64,000 nt of DNA from Alphaproteobacteria bacterium (GCA_963555825.3 CAUVXB020000001.1:448001-512000), one strand, 5' to 3'; positions 1-11,218 are shown, numbered from the stretch's first letter. Program-made: numbers and translations. The notes: generated from the letters alone by a model not told the origin.

Positions 1-235
1 CCTCAACGCCTGCGGCTACACCATGGGGGCGACCTATCCGCCGACCTGGATGGACTGGCCGATGCTCTACACCGGCAACCCACAGGTCATCGAGCCGGGC
101 ATGGTGTTCTTCATGCACATGATCCTGCTCGACAACGAGACCGGCCTGACCATGTCGCTGGGCGAGACCGCGATCGTGACCGATGGCGCCTGCGAGCCAG
201 TCAACCACGCGCCGCGCGCGCTGGTCGTCAATTAA
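1..235 (+). CDS. Xaa-Pro peptidase (M24) family protein, C-terminal part (5' end outside window)
   Basis: GYxMG..YPPTW..PGMVFFMHM..GETAIVT motifs typical of the M24 C-terminus; frame open from the window edge. Confidence 0.75.
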   Translation, partial: LNACGYTMGATYPPTWMDWPMLYTGNPQVIEPGMVFFMHMILLDNETGLTMSLGETAIVTDGACEPVNHAPRALVVN

Positions 236-298
236 ATCTTGAAGCTCTATGAGCGGACTGCCATCTATTGAAAGGCGGATGATGGTAAGGGGACGATC

Positions 299-1171
299 GT
301 GAGCACAGCCGAAGCGCCGTCGGGCGGCAGCGAATTCGTCGATTTCTGGAACGAGATTCTGGTTCCGAAGTTCATCCGGTACCGCCACATTCTGGTCGGC
401 GGCCTAGCCCATCACAGCGCCAAGATATTTCCGTCGCTCGAGGTCGGTGAGGGTGACAGTGCGGTCGACGTCGGCTGCGGCTTTGGCGACACCGCGATCC
501 TGCTCGCCAAGCGGGTCGGCCCGGCCGGTTCGGTGCTCGGCATCGACTGCTGCGACGCGTTTCTCGAGCATGGCCGCGCGGACGCCGCCGCTGAAGGCAT
601 CGAGAACGTCAGCTTCGTCGAGGCCGACGTCCAGTCCTATCCTTTCGAAGCCGAGCACGACTTCTGCTTCTCGCGCTTCGGCACCCAGTTCTTCGAGAAC
701 CCGGTCGCCGGCCTCAGGAGCATGCGCCGCGCGCTCAAGCCGGGCGGCGTGATGACCATGATCGTGTGGCGCACGATCGACGACAACCCATGGCTCGGCC
801 TGCCGCGTGAGATCATCCTCCAATACCTGCCGCCGCCGGGCGAGGACGGCCGGACCTGCGGCCCCGGCCCGTTCTCGATGGCCAACCAGGAGTTGGTCAC
901 CAAGCAGCTCGAGGTCGCCGGCTACACCGGCATCGAGTTCGAACGCTTCGACGCGCCGCTGATGGTCGGCAATACGCCGAACGACGCGGTCAACTTCCAG
1001 ATCGCGCTCGGGCCGGCCGGCGAGGTCTATCGCGAGGCCGGCGACGAAGCCGTGCGGCGCCACGAGGAGATCGCCGGGGCGCTCGAGGCCGAGCTCGCCA
1101 AATACGAGACGCCCGAGGGCATCGTCCTGGGTTCGAGCTCATGGAAAGTCACCGCGCGTAACCCGAGTTAG
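299..1171 (+). CDS. Class I SAM-dependent methyltransferase
   Basis: VDVGCGFG motif [16 protein letters not shown]. Confidence 0.9.
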   Translation: MSTAEAPSGGSEFVDFWNEILVPKFIRYRHILVGGLAHHSAKIFPSLEVGEGDSAVDVGCGFGDTAILLAKRVGPAGSVLGIDCCDAFLEHGRADAAAEGIENVSFVEADVQSYPFEAEHDFCFSRFGTQFFENPVAGLRSMRRALKPGGVMTMIVWRTIDDNPWLGLPREIILQYLPPPGEDGRTCGPGPFSMANQELVTKQLEVAGYTGIEFERFDAPLMVGNTPNDAVNFQIALGPAGEVYREAGDEAVRRHEEIAGALEAELAKYETPEGIVLGSSSWKVTARNPS

Positions 1172-1184
1172 CTTGGTGGGCCCG

Positions 1185-1928
1185 ATGGACAAGGTCGCGA
1201 TCGTCACCGGCGCAGGCACAGGCATCGGCCGCGCCGCCGCATTGGCGCTGGCGCAGGCCGGCTACGCGGTCGCGCTCGCCGGGCGGCGCGCGGCACCGCT
1301 CGAGGAGACCGCCGCCGAAATGGTCGGCGCCGCCGCGCTGGTGGTGCCGACCGACGTCGCCGATCCGGCTTCGGTCGAGGCGCTGTTCGCCGCGACCAAG
1401 GAAGCGTTCGGCCGGCTCGACCTGTTGTTCAACAATGCCGGTCTTGGCGCGCCTGCGGTGCCGCTCGAGGAGCTGAGCGTCGAAAAGTGGCAATTGGTCA
1501 TCGACGTCAACCTGACCGGCGCCTTCCTGTGTACGCAAGCTGCGATCAGGCTGATGAAGGACCAGACACCGCGCGGTGGGCGCATCATCAACAACGGCTC
1601 GATCTCGGCCGACCGGCCGAGGCCCAACTCGGCGCCCTACACGGCGACCAAGCACGCAATCACCGGCCTGACCAAGTCGACCTCGCTCGACGGACGCGCC
1701 CATGACATCGCCTGCGGCCAGATCGACATCGGCAACGCTGCGACGCCGATGACCGCCAAGATGAGCGAAGGCATGCCCCAGGCCGACGGCTCGATCGCCC
1801 CGGAGCCGACCTTCGACGTCGCCGAGGTCGGCCGTGCGATTGTACATATGGCGAGCCTGCCGCTCGACGCCAACGTCCAGTTCATGACCATCATGGCGAC
1901 CAAGATGCCCTATATCGGGCGGGGATAG
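1185..1928 (+). CDS. Short-chain dehydrogenase/reductase (SDR)
   Basis: [17 protein letters not shown] catalytic motif. Confidence 0.92.
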   Translation: MDKVAIVTGAGTGIGRAAALALAQAGYAVALAGRRAAPLEETAAEMVGAAALVVPTDVADPASVEALFAATKEAFGRLDLLFNNAGLGAPAVPLEELSVEKWQLVIDVNLTGAFLCTQAAIRLMKDQTPRGGRIINNGSISADRPRPNSAPYTATKHAITGLTKSTSLDGRAHDIACGQIDIGNAATPMTAKMSEGMPQADGSIAPEPTFDVAEVGRAIVHMASLPLDANVQFMTIMATKMPYIGRG

Positions 1929-1941
1929 AGGTCTTTGGTGC

Positions 1942-1972
1942 GGTCATCTTTACGCGTTGCGTAAAGATTACC
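1942..1972. terminator. Hairpin between convergent genes, possible bidirectional terminator
   Basis: ggtcatctttacgc-gtt-gcgtaaagattacc inverted repeat. Confidence 0.45.
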
Positions 1973-2092
1973 TGCGCTCAAACGCCGCGCATGCCAATCT
2001 TATGGGATCAAAGCTGGCCGAACGGTCGGCGGCCTGCGGTCGCAGGCTGGAAAATTGCGATCGAATCCAACTTTGATCGGATTATACGTTAG

Positions 2093-3529
2093 CTACCCGA
2101 ACGGCAGCGTCAGCGGAGCGACTTGGTGTGCCGAATGTCCGGCGTGGTGGCGTTCGGGCACCTTTTCCAGCACCTGTCTCTGGAGATCGGTGACGCGAGC
2201 GGCGATCTCGGCGAAGTCGAGCGTCAGGACCTCGCCGCTCTCGACGACCTTGACGCCGTCGACGTAGACATCGCGCACCGCGCGGTCGGCGGCGGTGTAG
2301 ATCAGGCAGCGGATCGGGTCGTAGACCGGTTGCATCGACGGCTCGGTCAGGTCGATCAGTACGATGTCGGCCTTGGCGCCGGGCGCCAGGCGTCCGATGT
2401 CGTCGCGCCCGAGCGCCCGCGCACCGCCCACCGTCGCCGCCTCGAACACCTGCGTCGTGGTCAGCGCGAACATGTTCTCGTCGGTGACGCGCGCCATGAT
2501 CGCCGCGGTGCGCATTTCCTCGATCATGTTGTGCGGCGAACAATCGGTGCCGATGCCGATGTTGATGCCGGCGTCGAGATAGGCGCCCAGGCTCTCGAGC
2601 GTGATGCCGTAGCGCGAGAACGGCGTCGGGCAATGGGCGACCGAGGTTTCCGTATCGGCGATCAGTCCAATGTCGTCGCGCGTTGCCCAATGCAGCCAGG
2701 AATGATGGTCGAGGAAGATGCCGTGGCCGATGATCGTGCGCGGACCGAGCAGGCCGAGTTCGGCGATCCACTGGATCTGGGTCTTGCCGGTGCGCCGGGT
2801 GATCTCGAGAAACTCCATCACCGCCTCGCCGGCATGCAGCTGTAACGGCAGGTCGCGCTCAACCGCCACCGCCATGCTGTCGCGCAGCAGATCGGCGGTG
2901 CATGTATCGACGGCCATCGGCGCGATCATGCCCGAGAGCCGGCCCGAGTTGTGATTTTCGGCCGCGTCGATCACGGCCAGCGCCTCGTCGAAGACCTTCT
3001 GGCCGTTGTCGTCATACCAGATGTAATCGAGGCGGTAGCCGTTCTCGGTATGCCAGACCGCCGATTCGTAGAGTGGTGCGAAGCACGTCCTGAGCCCCGA
3101 GTCGACGACCGCCTCGATCCAGCCGGGAAACGGCCGGCACATGTCGACGAAGGTCGTGACGCCGCTCTTGAGCAGCTCGCAATGGGCGAAGCGGGCGTTC
3201 CAAACGCGATCCTCGGGCGCCACGACGAACAGATTCCAGCCGTCGTAGAGCGCACTCATGTAAAAGCGCGGGTTGGCGAGTTCCTCGCGCAACCCCTTGA
3301 AAGTCGGCATCGACGAGGTGTGGTTGTGGATGTTGATAAGGCCAGGCATGACGCATACGCCGCTGCCGCCGATCTCCTCGTCGGCCGCGCCTTGATAACG
3401 GCCGCCGACATGGACGATCGCACCGTCGGTGAACGCGACGTCGGCGCCTTGCAGGTATTTGTGGCTCTGGGTCCCGTCGTCCCAGGCGACGACCCAGTCG
3501 GCGTCGCGAATGCAGGTGGTCCGTGTCAT
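2093..3529 (-). CDS. Amidohydrolase (SsnA/TRZ-ATZ deaminase-like)
   Basis: PGLINIHNH, LQLHAGE, IGHG, AHCP, GIGTD motifs; start taken at MTRTTC. Confidence 0.88.
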   Translation of the reverse strand: MTRTTCIRDADWVVAWDDGTQSHKYLQGADVAFTDGAIVHVGGRYQGAADEEIGGSGVCVMPGLINIHNHTSSMPTFKGLREELANPRFYMSALYDGWNLFVVAPEDRVWNARFAHCELLKSGVTTFVDMCRPFPGWIEAVVDSGLRTCFAPLYESAVWHTENGYRLDYIWYDDNGQKVFDEALAVIDAAENHNSGRLSGMIAPMAVDTCTADLLRDSMAVAVERDLPLQLHAGEAVMEFLEITRRTGKTQIQWIAELGLLGPRTIIGHGIFLDHHSWLHWATRDDIGLIADTETSVAHCPTPFSRYGITLESLGAYLDAGINIGIGTDCSPHNMIEEMRTAAIMARVTDENMFALTTTQVFEAATVGGARALGRDDIGRLAPGAKADIVLIDLTEPSMQPVYDPIRCLIYTAADRAVRDVYVDGVKVVESGEVLTLDFAEIAARVTDLQRQVLEKVPERHHAGHSAHQVAPLTLPFG

Positions 3530-3679
3530 GGCGCGCCTTCCTTGCCGCATGCGATGATGCGCACAGATTAGCGAGTAACCGGGTGCGGGGCGACCGCCGC
3601 GTCGCCACGCCGCTGGCGGGTGAAACGCCCGCCGTGTCGGGGTATGATCGACATCCGCCTCGAGAACGGGAGACAAGCG

Positions 3680-4327
3680 ATGCGTTCCTATCTACTTCTG
3701 CTCCGCTTCGTCGTGGTCAACGCCGTCGCGCTGGCCATCCTGGCGGTGCTCTGGCTGCAGGGCTGGGTGTCGCTGGTGTTTGAAAGCGACATTACCCATC
3801 TGACCGTGGTCATTTCCGCCGTGTTCGCCGTCGGGCTGGCGATCGCCACGGCCAAGGTGTGGCGCTGCAGCCACGAGCTCAACGCGGTGCGCGCCGACCG
3901 ACAGGGTGGCGAGACGCGGCTTCGCTGGTACCGCGACCTGACGGGTCGCGCCGCGGACGGCGCGCGCGGTATACTCGCCGACTGCCTGCGTTCAAGACTC
4001 TACGCGCGCATCGCCGTCGTGCGCACCATGGCCAACAGCCTGGTCGTACTCGGCCTGATCGGCACGGTGGTCGGCTTCATCATCGCGCTCTCGGGCGTCG
4101 ACGCGGGGGCGGCGACCGATGCCAGCACCGTCGGCACCATGGTCTCGACCCTGATCCAGGGCATGGCGGTGGCGCTCTACACCACGTTGGTCGGCGCGGT
4201 TCTGCACATCTGGCTGATGATGAACTACCAGGTGCTGGCGACCGGCACGGTCAATCTCGCCAACGCCATCATCGAGACGGTCGAGGCGCCCGGCGAAGCG
4301 GGCGGCCCGGCACTCGAAGCGGCATGA
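3680..4327 (+). CDS. MotA/TolQ/ExbB proton channel family protein
   Basis: LGLIGTVVGF and GMAVALYTTLVG signature helices, several TM segments. Confidence 0.85.
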   Translation: MRSYLLLLRFVVVNAVALAILAVLWLQGWVSLVFESDITHLTVVISAVFAVGLAIATAKVWRCSHELNAVRADRQGGETRLRWYRDLTGRAADGARGILADCLRSRLYARIAVVRTMANSLVVLGLIGTVVGFIIALSGVDAGAATDASTVGTMVSTLIQGMAVALYTTLVGAVLHIWLMMNYQVLATGTVNLANAIIETVEAPGEAGGPALEAA

Positions 4328-4941
4328 TCCCAGATCCCTTTCACGACACCGACGAGGCGAGCGGGACGGTCTTTCGCGATGTCCTGACGCTTGCACTGCT
4401 GGGCTTTCTGGCGGTCATCGTCATCCTGCTACCCTTCGTCAACCCAAAAGGGCGCAAGGCCGAATCGATGGCGCCGCCGCCCGGCAACGTCATCGTCGAG
4501 ATCACCTGGCCGGCCGAGATGAACGCCGACATCGACCTTTGGGTGCAAGCGCCGGGTGACGTGCCGGTCGGCTATTCGAACAAGGGAGGAATCGTGTTCA
4601 ACCTGCTGCGCGACGATCTTGGCAAGTTCATGGACCCGACCAATATCAACCACGAGGTGGCCTATACGCGCGGCCTGATACCGGGCGAGTACACGGTCAA
4701 CGTGCACGCCTATCGCATCGACACCAAGAACCCGCCACCGATCGAGGTCAATGCCGTGGTCAGCGTCAAGCAGGAGAGCGCCACGGCCGATGTCGTGCCG
4801 GTCCTCGGCGCGTCGGCGATGCTGGTCCGACTCGGCCAAGAGCTGACCATTTTCCGCTTCAAACTCGACGAAACGGGACGCGTCGTCGAAGGCTCCGTCC
4901 ACAGCCTGTTCCGACCACTCCGATCACTGGGGGTAAAATAG
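4324..4941 (+). CDS. Single-TM partner of the MotA/ExbB protein (MotB/ExbD-like N-terminal helix with Asp)
   Basis: ATGA overlap with upstream gene; FRDVLTLALLGF TM helix; DIDLWV..LLRDDLG..GEYTVNVH domain. Confidence 0.7.
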   Translation: MIPDPFHDTDEASGTVFRDVLTLALLGFLAVIVILLPFVNPKGRKAESMAPPPGNVIVEITWPAEMNADIDLWVQAPGDVPVGYSNKGGIVFNLLRDDLGKFMDPTNINHEVAYTRGLIPGEYTVNVHAYRIDTKNPPPIEVNAVVSVKQESATADVVPVLGASAMLVRLGQELTIFRFKLDETGRVVEGSVHSLFRPLRSLGVK

Positions 4942-4943
4942 CC

Positions 4944-5456
4944 ATGTTGCAACTGCCGCTACTCTACGCCTTGTTCGCCGTGCTCGCCGCGGCGCTGGCG
5001 ATCGTCGCGGTCTGGTCGCGGCGCTCGCTCGGCACCCGCGTCGGGAGCGTCGGACTGTTGGTGATCACCTTGGCCGTGGGCTATGTCGCCTATGCCGATC
5101 TCTTGAGCCGGCCCAAGCCGGCGATGCTCGAGTATCGGCGCGCCGGCATGGCCGAGGCGGATGTGCTCGCCGCGGCGCTGCGCGAGCACGAGGGCATTTA
5201 CCTGTGGCTCAAGCTGCCCGAGTTCATCGAGCCGCGCTATTACGTGCTGCCGTGGGACCGCTCGACCGCCCAACAGTTGCAGGACGCCATGCGCAAGGCC
5301 GACCGGGACAATTCGACGATCCGCATGCGCAACCCATTCGAGCCGTCGCTGGAATTGCGCGATGCGCCGCGCTTTTACGCGCTGCCGCAGCCGAAGCTGC
5401 CCGACAAGCCCTATCCGCCGCCACTCGAATACAACCACCCCAGCCTGGCGATCTAG
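4944..5456 (+). CDS. Conserved hypothetical membrane protein, third gene of the operon
   Basis: Two N-terminal TM helices, IYLW..EPRYYVLPW motif, 2-bp gap to upstream gene. Confidence 0.7.
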   Translation: MLQLPLLYALFAVLAAALAIVAVWSRRSLGTRVGSVGLLVITLAVGYVAYADLLSRPKPAMLEYRRAGMAEADVLAAALREHEGIYLWLKLPEFIEPRYYVLPWDRSTAQQLQDAMRKADRDNSTIRMRNPFEPSLELRDAPRFYALPQPKLPDKPYPPPLEYNHPSLAI

Positions 5457-5503
5457 CGCGGCGACGCCCTTCGCCACATCCCCAAAATATGGGATCACAA
5501 ATT

Positions 5504-5565
5504 ATGGGGTCAGACTCCTTTATTCTGATTTGTATTCAATCAATAAAAATAGAGTCTGACCCCAT
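5504..5565. repeat. AT-rich palindromic element with GGGGTCAGACTC arms (REP/REPIN-like)
   Basis: atggggtcagactc (5504-5517) and gagtctgaccccat (5552-5565) form a perfect 14-bp IR around an AT-rich core. Confidence 0.7.
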
Positions 5566-5626
5566 TAATAGGGAGTGGGTAGAATTGCGCCGCGCCGCGC
5601 CGCGCCGCGCCGCGGCCTGCTCTCGG

Positions 5627-6448
5627 TTAGGGCTGTTGGCGGCGTTCTTTCTGCTGGCCGAAATACTGGCCGATCATCAAAAGGGTAATCGAAACGACGA
5701 TCAGGCAGGTCGAGATCGCCGCGATCGTCGGGTCGATCTGGTCGCGCAGCGAATTGAACATGCGGCGCGTCAGCGTCGCGTTCTCGCCGCCCGAGATGAA
5801 CAGCGCGACGATGACCTCGTCGAGCGAGGTGATGAAGGCGAACAGCGCGCCGGCGATGACCGAGAACCGGATCTGCGGCAGGGTGATCGACAGGAAGGCG
5901 CGCAATCGCGGCGCGCCCAGGCTGCGCGCGACCATCTCCTGGTTCATGTCGTACGTCTTGAGCCCGGCGGTGACCGTGACCACGACGAAGGGAATCGCGA
6001 GCACGGTATGCGCCATGATCAGGCCGGTCAGCGTATAGTTCAGCCCCAGCTTGGCGTAGAGGAAGAAGACACCGATGCTGACCAGGATGATCGGCACCAT
6101 CAGCGGCATCATCAGCGCGACCTGGATCATGTTGGTGATACGGAAGCGCGATACCTGCAAGCCATAGGCGGCGGCCGTGCCGAGCGTGGTCGCGACGACC
6201 ATGGTGACGACCGCGACCTTGAGCGACACGACAGTCGCTTCGATCCATTCGAGCGAGCCGAAGTACTCCTCATACCAGCGGAAAGACCACTCGCGCGGCG
6301 GGAACTCGAGATAGGTCGAATCGGAGAACGACATCGGGATGACGATGAACGACGGCACGACCAGGAACAGCATCACCAGGCCGCAGGCGATATAGAGCCA
6401 GAGCCGCCTGAAGTGAGTGATCTGCGTATCTGAAGCCGGTCCGAACAT
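5627..6448 (-). CDS. Polyamine/opine-type ABC transporter permease (PotC-like)
   Basis: EMVARSLGA EAA-loop, FITSLDE, TM helices. Confidence 0.9.
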   Translation of the reverse strand: MFGPASDTQITHFRRLWLYIACGLVMLFLVVPSFIVIPMSFSDSTYLEFPPREWSFRWYEEYFGSLEWIEATVVSLKVAVVTMVVATTLGTAAAYGLQVSRFRITNMIQVALMMPLMVPIILVSIGVFFLYAKLGLNYTLTGLIMAHTVLAIPFVVVTVTAGLKTYDMNQEMVARSLGAPRLRAFLSITLPQIRFSVIAGALFAFITSLDEVIVALFISGGENATLTRRMFNSLRDQIDPTIAAISTCLIVVSITLLMIGQYFGQQKERRQQP

Positions 6449-6452
6449 CAGC

Positions 6453-8796
6453 CTATTTTCCGAAAACCTTGTCGAGCCCGAACAGCTTGTTCAGGCCATA
6501 GAGGATGGCCAGCGTGGCGATCAGCAGGACGACGCCCAGCGCGCTCGCCGCGCCCCAATTGGCGTAGAGGTTGATCGACGTTTCGATGCGCTGCGCCCAC
6601 ATGATGATCTTGCCGCCGCCCAACAGCGCCGGGGTGACGTAGAAGCCGAGGCAGAGCACGAAGACGAGCACGACGCCGGCGAACAGCCCGGGCAGCGACA
6701 GCGGGAAGAAGACCCGCCAGAAGGCGTTGATCGGACTGGCGCCAAGATTGGCCGCGGCCTTGAGGAAATCACGATCGATCGACTTCATCGCGGCATAAAG
6801 CGGCAGCACGAGGAAGGGCAGCAGGATTTGCACCATGCCGATCACCGTGCCGGTGAAGTTGTGCACCAGCCGGAGCGGTTCGTCGATGATGCCCGTCTCG
6901 ATCAGCCAGCCGTTGATCACCCCCTTGCGCTGCAGTAGGACGAGCCAGGCATAGGTGCGCACGAGCAGCGAGGTCCAGAACGGCAACAGCACGAAGATCA
7001 TGCAGATGCCCGCCGCGCGTTTGCCGAGTTGCGACAACATATAGGCGAGCGGATAGCCCATCAGGATGCAAATGCCGGTGACGACGAAGCTGATCTCGAA
7101 GGTCGTGCGGAAAGTCTTGATGTAGGACTTCGAGCCGAACATCCGCATAATTCTCGAGCGTCCAGTTGCCCTGGACGTCGAAGTGAGTCGGACCCGATTT
7201 CCTTGGACACAGAATTGGCTTAATCGAAGTGTCCAAGGAGGACCGGAACATGACCGACAATTTTGAGAACAAAGTTGCTGTTGATGGGCCTGTGGTAAAC
7301 GAGGGCGAGCTTGGCTCGTCCACGTTTTCCCCGGGCCAGGTTTCGCCGGCAGGCCCGCTGGGACTTGGCCAGCGGTGGACGGTGACGCGCAAGCGTGAGG
7401 TTGCCCTGCGGCTTTTGCGTGGCGAGCCGGTGGAACTTTTGTCGCGGCAGTTGGGCGTGGAGATTTTCCGGCTCGAGCAGTGGCGTGAGAAGGCGATCGC
7501 CGGGATCGATGCCTCGCTCAAGGAACGCAAGGGCGATCCGGTGAAGGCGGAACTGGACATCGCCATGAAGCGGATCGGGGAGTTGATCATGCAGGTGGAA
7601 CTGCTGGAGGCCAAGACGGAGACGTCCGGCCCTTTGGGGCGGCGGAGGTCGCGGCGATGAGTGCCGCCACCTCTCCCGGCACGGGTTTGGCCTACGGCCT
7701 CCAGCGGGTCTGTGCGGCCTGGGGTTTTGCCCGTTCCTCGTTCTACGCCATGAAATCCCGGCAGCAGGCCACCGCTGAGCGCCCACCAGCAAAGCGCCGG
7801 GGACCGAAGCCCTCGATCTCGGACGAGGCTCTGCTGGTGGCCATCGAGGCCGACCTGGAGGCATCCCCCTGGGAGGGCGAGGGACACCGCAAGGTCTGGG
7901 CTCGGCTTCGGGTCTGTCGTGGCATCCGTGTTTCCCGCAAGCGGGGGCTCCGGGTGATGCGCGAGAACAACCTGCTCTCGCCCCATCGCTGCCGCCGCCG
8001 TGGCGGAAATCCCCATGTCGGTGAGATCATCACCCATGCCCCCAACCTCATGTGGGGCACGGACGGCGTTCGGGTGTTCACGGTGGACGACGGCTGGGGC
8101 TGGATATTCACCGCCATCGAGCATTGGAACGCCGAGTGCGTCGGCTGGCATGTGTGCAAGCGAGGCGACCGCTTCGCCGCCCTTCAGCCGATCTCCATGG
8201 GGCTTGCGAGGCTGTATGCCTCGACCTCCGCCGGTGCGGCGCGGGGGCTGGCCTTGCGGATGGATCACGGCTCCCAGTATCTGTCGGACCACTTCACCAA
8301 CCAGATCAAGTTCTGGGGCATCCAGCCGTCCTACGCCTTCGTCGAACAGCCCCAGACCAACGGCGTCGCCGAGAGGTTCAATCGCACGCTCAAGGAACAG
8401 ATCATCCATGGCCGCATCTACCGCAACATCGCGGAGCTGCGGAACGCCGTCCGCGGGTTCGTCGAACAGTACAATGCCCAGTGGATCGTGGAGAAGAACG
8501 GCTACCTGAGCCCCGCTCAAGCTCGTCAGGCGTGGCACACCGCGATGTCACTCAGGCCCGCCGCATGAGACAAACTTGTGTCCAAGGAACCGGGTGCGAT
8601 ACACCTGGACGTCGAAGAACGACAGCCACATGAGCCAGCCGACAGGCAAGAACAGAATAAGCAGGACGAGGAACAGCGAGGGCGAGCACAGCGCGAAGAC
8701 GCTCTGATGCTCCCGCTTGGCGTCCTTGGTCAATCCCTCGGCGTTTTCGCGACTGGCCGGGACCGCCGCGACCTGGTCCGTGGTAATCGCCGTCAT
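6453..8796 (-). pseudogene. PotB-like ABC permease, split by an IS3-like element and also frameshifted near 7146
   Basis: N-term 8604-8796 (..WLSFFDVQ) rejoins GNWTLENY at 7183; frame then shifts into RMFGSKSY; PFWTSLLVRTYAW motif. Confidence 0.85.
7184..8603 (+). mobile_element. IS3-like element copy 1 (orfA 7229-7660, orfB 7657-8568), 14-bp target duplication
   Basis: Ends TGAGTCGGACCCGATTTCCTTGGACAC / GTGTCCAAGGAACCGGGTGCGATACA; DDE core (WGTD, MDHGSQY, AERFNRTLKE); DR cctggacgtcgaag at 7170-7183 and 8604-8617. Confidence 0.95.
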
Positions 8797-11218
8797 CGGT
8801 CGTCCGGCACGACGATCGTGTCCGCTGGATGCAGGCCGAGACGGATCGGCTCGCCGGGACCGGGAACCGCGGCGAGCGACTCGCGGCGGCTCGAGCTGCG
8901 CACGGCAATTTCGATGCCGCCCGTGAGCGCGACGTAGAACAGGAAGGGTTCGCCCTGGTAGACGAGCTCCTTGACCGTCCCGCTGAGCGTATTGAGGTTC
9001 TGGCCGTCGCCGTCGGCGAGCAGCTCGAGCTTTTCGGGCCGGACGACGAGAAGCTGCCGCTTGTCGGATGATATCGGTGGCTCGCCGAGCCGCAAGGTCG
9101 CGCCGTCGAGATCGACGCTTGAGCCATTCACCTCGACCGGCAGGAAGGACGATTCGCCGATGAAGTCGGCGACGAACTTGCTGCGCGGCCTTTCGTACAG
9201 CTCCTTGGGCGCGTCGATCTGCTGGAACTGTCCGAAATCGATGACCGCGACGCGGTCCGACATGGTCAGCGCCTCGCGCTGGTCGTGCGTCACGTAGACC
9301 GTGGTGCGGCCGAGTTTTTCATGCAAGTGCCTGATTTCGATCTGCATTTGCTCGCGCAGCTTCTTGTCGAGCGCCGAAAGCGGCTCGTCCATGAGCAGGA
9401 TTTGCGGGTCGAAGACGATCGCGCGCGCGAGCGCCACGCGCTGCCGCTGACCGCCCGAGAGCTGATCGACGCGGCGCTGCCCGAGATCGCCCAGCTGGAC
9501 CAGATCGAGCGCGCCCTGGACGCGCTCGGCGATTTCGTCCTGCGCGACGCGGCGCAGCTTGAGTGGAAAGGCGACATTGTTGTGGACGTTCATATGCGGG
9601 AACAGGGCGTAGTTCTGGAACACCATGCCCACGCCGCGCTTGTGCGGCGGTTTGCGAATGACCTCTTCGTCGCCGAACCTGACGCTGCCCGAATCGGGCC
9701 GCACGAAACCCGCCAACACCATCAAGAGCGTGGTCTTCCCCGAACCGGAAGGGCCGAGCAAGGTGACGAACTCGCCGCTTTTGACGTCGATGCTGACGTT
9801 ATCGAGGGCCTTCAGGCTGCCGTATGAGGTGGTCCCACTTTGTTGGACAGTTTGGCAGCGCGGTTAAGGTGTATTCCGTTGTTTGATCATGCTGCCAAAA
9901 TCCTTTTTATCACATCCTGTTGCTGTTGTTGAGCCTGTGGGGATGTGGGCAAGGCGCGAGCCTTGTCCATCATATCCACAGGTTGACCGGCCCCGTAGGC
10001 CTCGGCCGGCGTTTGACCGTCGAGGGACGAATGGGGCCGCTCGGTGTTGTAGAAGCCGATCCACTCGCCGATGACCCGTTCGGCGTGGAAGCCGTCGGTG
10101 AGCTCGTGTAGGTAGACCGCCTCATACTTGAGAGACCGCCACAGGCGCTCGATGAAGATGTTGTCCATGCAGCGGCCCCGACCGTCCATGGAGATGCGGA
10201 TGCTCGCGTTCTTGAGCACGCCGGTGAAGTCGAGGCTGGTGAACTGGCTGCCCTGATCCGTATTGAATATCTCCGGCTGGCCGTAGCGGGCCAGCGCGTC
10301 GCCCAAGGCCTCGGCGCAGAATCCAGCGTCCATGGTGTTCGACAGCCGCCAGGATAAAACGTGGCGCGTCGCCCAGTCCATGATCGCTACCAGGTACAGA
10401 AAGCCACGCTGGACGGGGATATAGGTGATGTCGGCGCACCAGACCCGATTGGGCTGGTCGATAGCCATCCCTTTGAGAAGATAAGGATAAATCCGGTGCA
10501 TGGGATGCGGCACGCTGGTTCTCGGCGCCTGATAGATCGCCTCCAGGCCTATCAATCGCATCAACCTGCGAACCCGGTGACGGCCGACGCAAACGCCGTC
10601 CCGCCGCAACTGGCGGACCATCTGGCGGCTGCCGTAGAACGGGTACTTCATGAACAACTCGTCGATCCGACGCATCAGCGCCAGACTCGAAGGGCTCTCC
10701 CCCCTGGGCGCATAATAGAACGAGGACCGGCCGATCGAAAGCAGGCGGCATTGACGGCTCAAGCTCAGCTCGGGGGCGTCGCGTGTGATCATCGCCTTGC
10801 GCTCCCCCCGGCTCATCGCTTGAGCCCTCTGGCTAAAAAATCCCGTTCCACCGTCAGCTCGCCGATCTTGGCGTGAAGGTCGCGGACCTCGGATTCATGA
10901 TCCCGGCAAGCGCGGTTGGCGCCGTTCGAAAACACTTCGCCCAGACCGTCCACCGCCTGGCGCTTCCAGGCGCTCACCTGGTTCGGATGCACCTTGTGCT
11001 TGGCCGCGATCTGCTGGATCGTCTTGTCGCCCCGCAGCGCTTCCAGCGCCACCCGGGCCTTGAATTCCGCCGTAAACCGGCGTCGATTCGTCATCTCGTA
11101 TTCCTCCGTTATCCGGTGGAATACACCTTAGCTCCCTGTCCGATTTTCTGGGACCACCTCAGTATGATTTCGTGACCCCGCTGATCGTCAGCGGTAATGA
11201 CTTGGCGTCGGACGACAT
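8793..11218 (-). pseudogene. PotA-like ABC ATPase split by IS3
   Basis: MSSDAKSLPLTISGVTKSY (11162-11218) joins GSLKALDN..GPSGSGKTT; LSGGQRQR, DEPLSALD. Confidence 0.9.
9825..11161 (-). mobile_element. IS3 family element (orfA 10813-11094, orfB 9887-10816)
   Basis: TIR TGAGGTGGTCCCA / TGGGACCACCTCA, 3-bp DR gta, WCADITY..NTDQGSQF..IERLWRSLKYE. Confidence 0.95.

Noticed and set aside
3680-5456. Zorya system
   Set aside because: The A subunit lacks the long cytoplasmic tail, the B subunit lacks an OmpA domain, and zorC/D/E are absent
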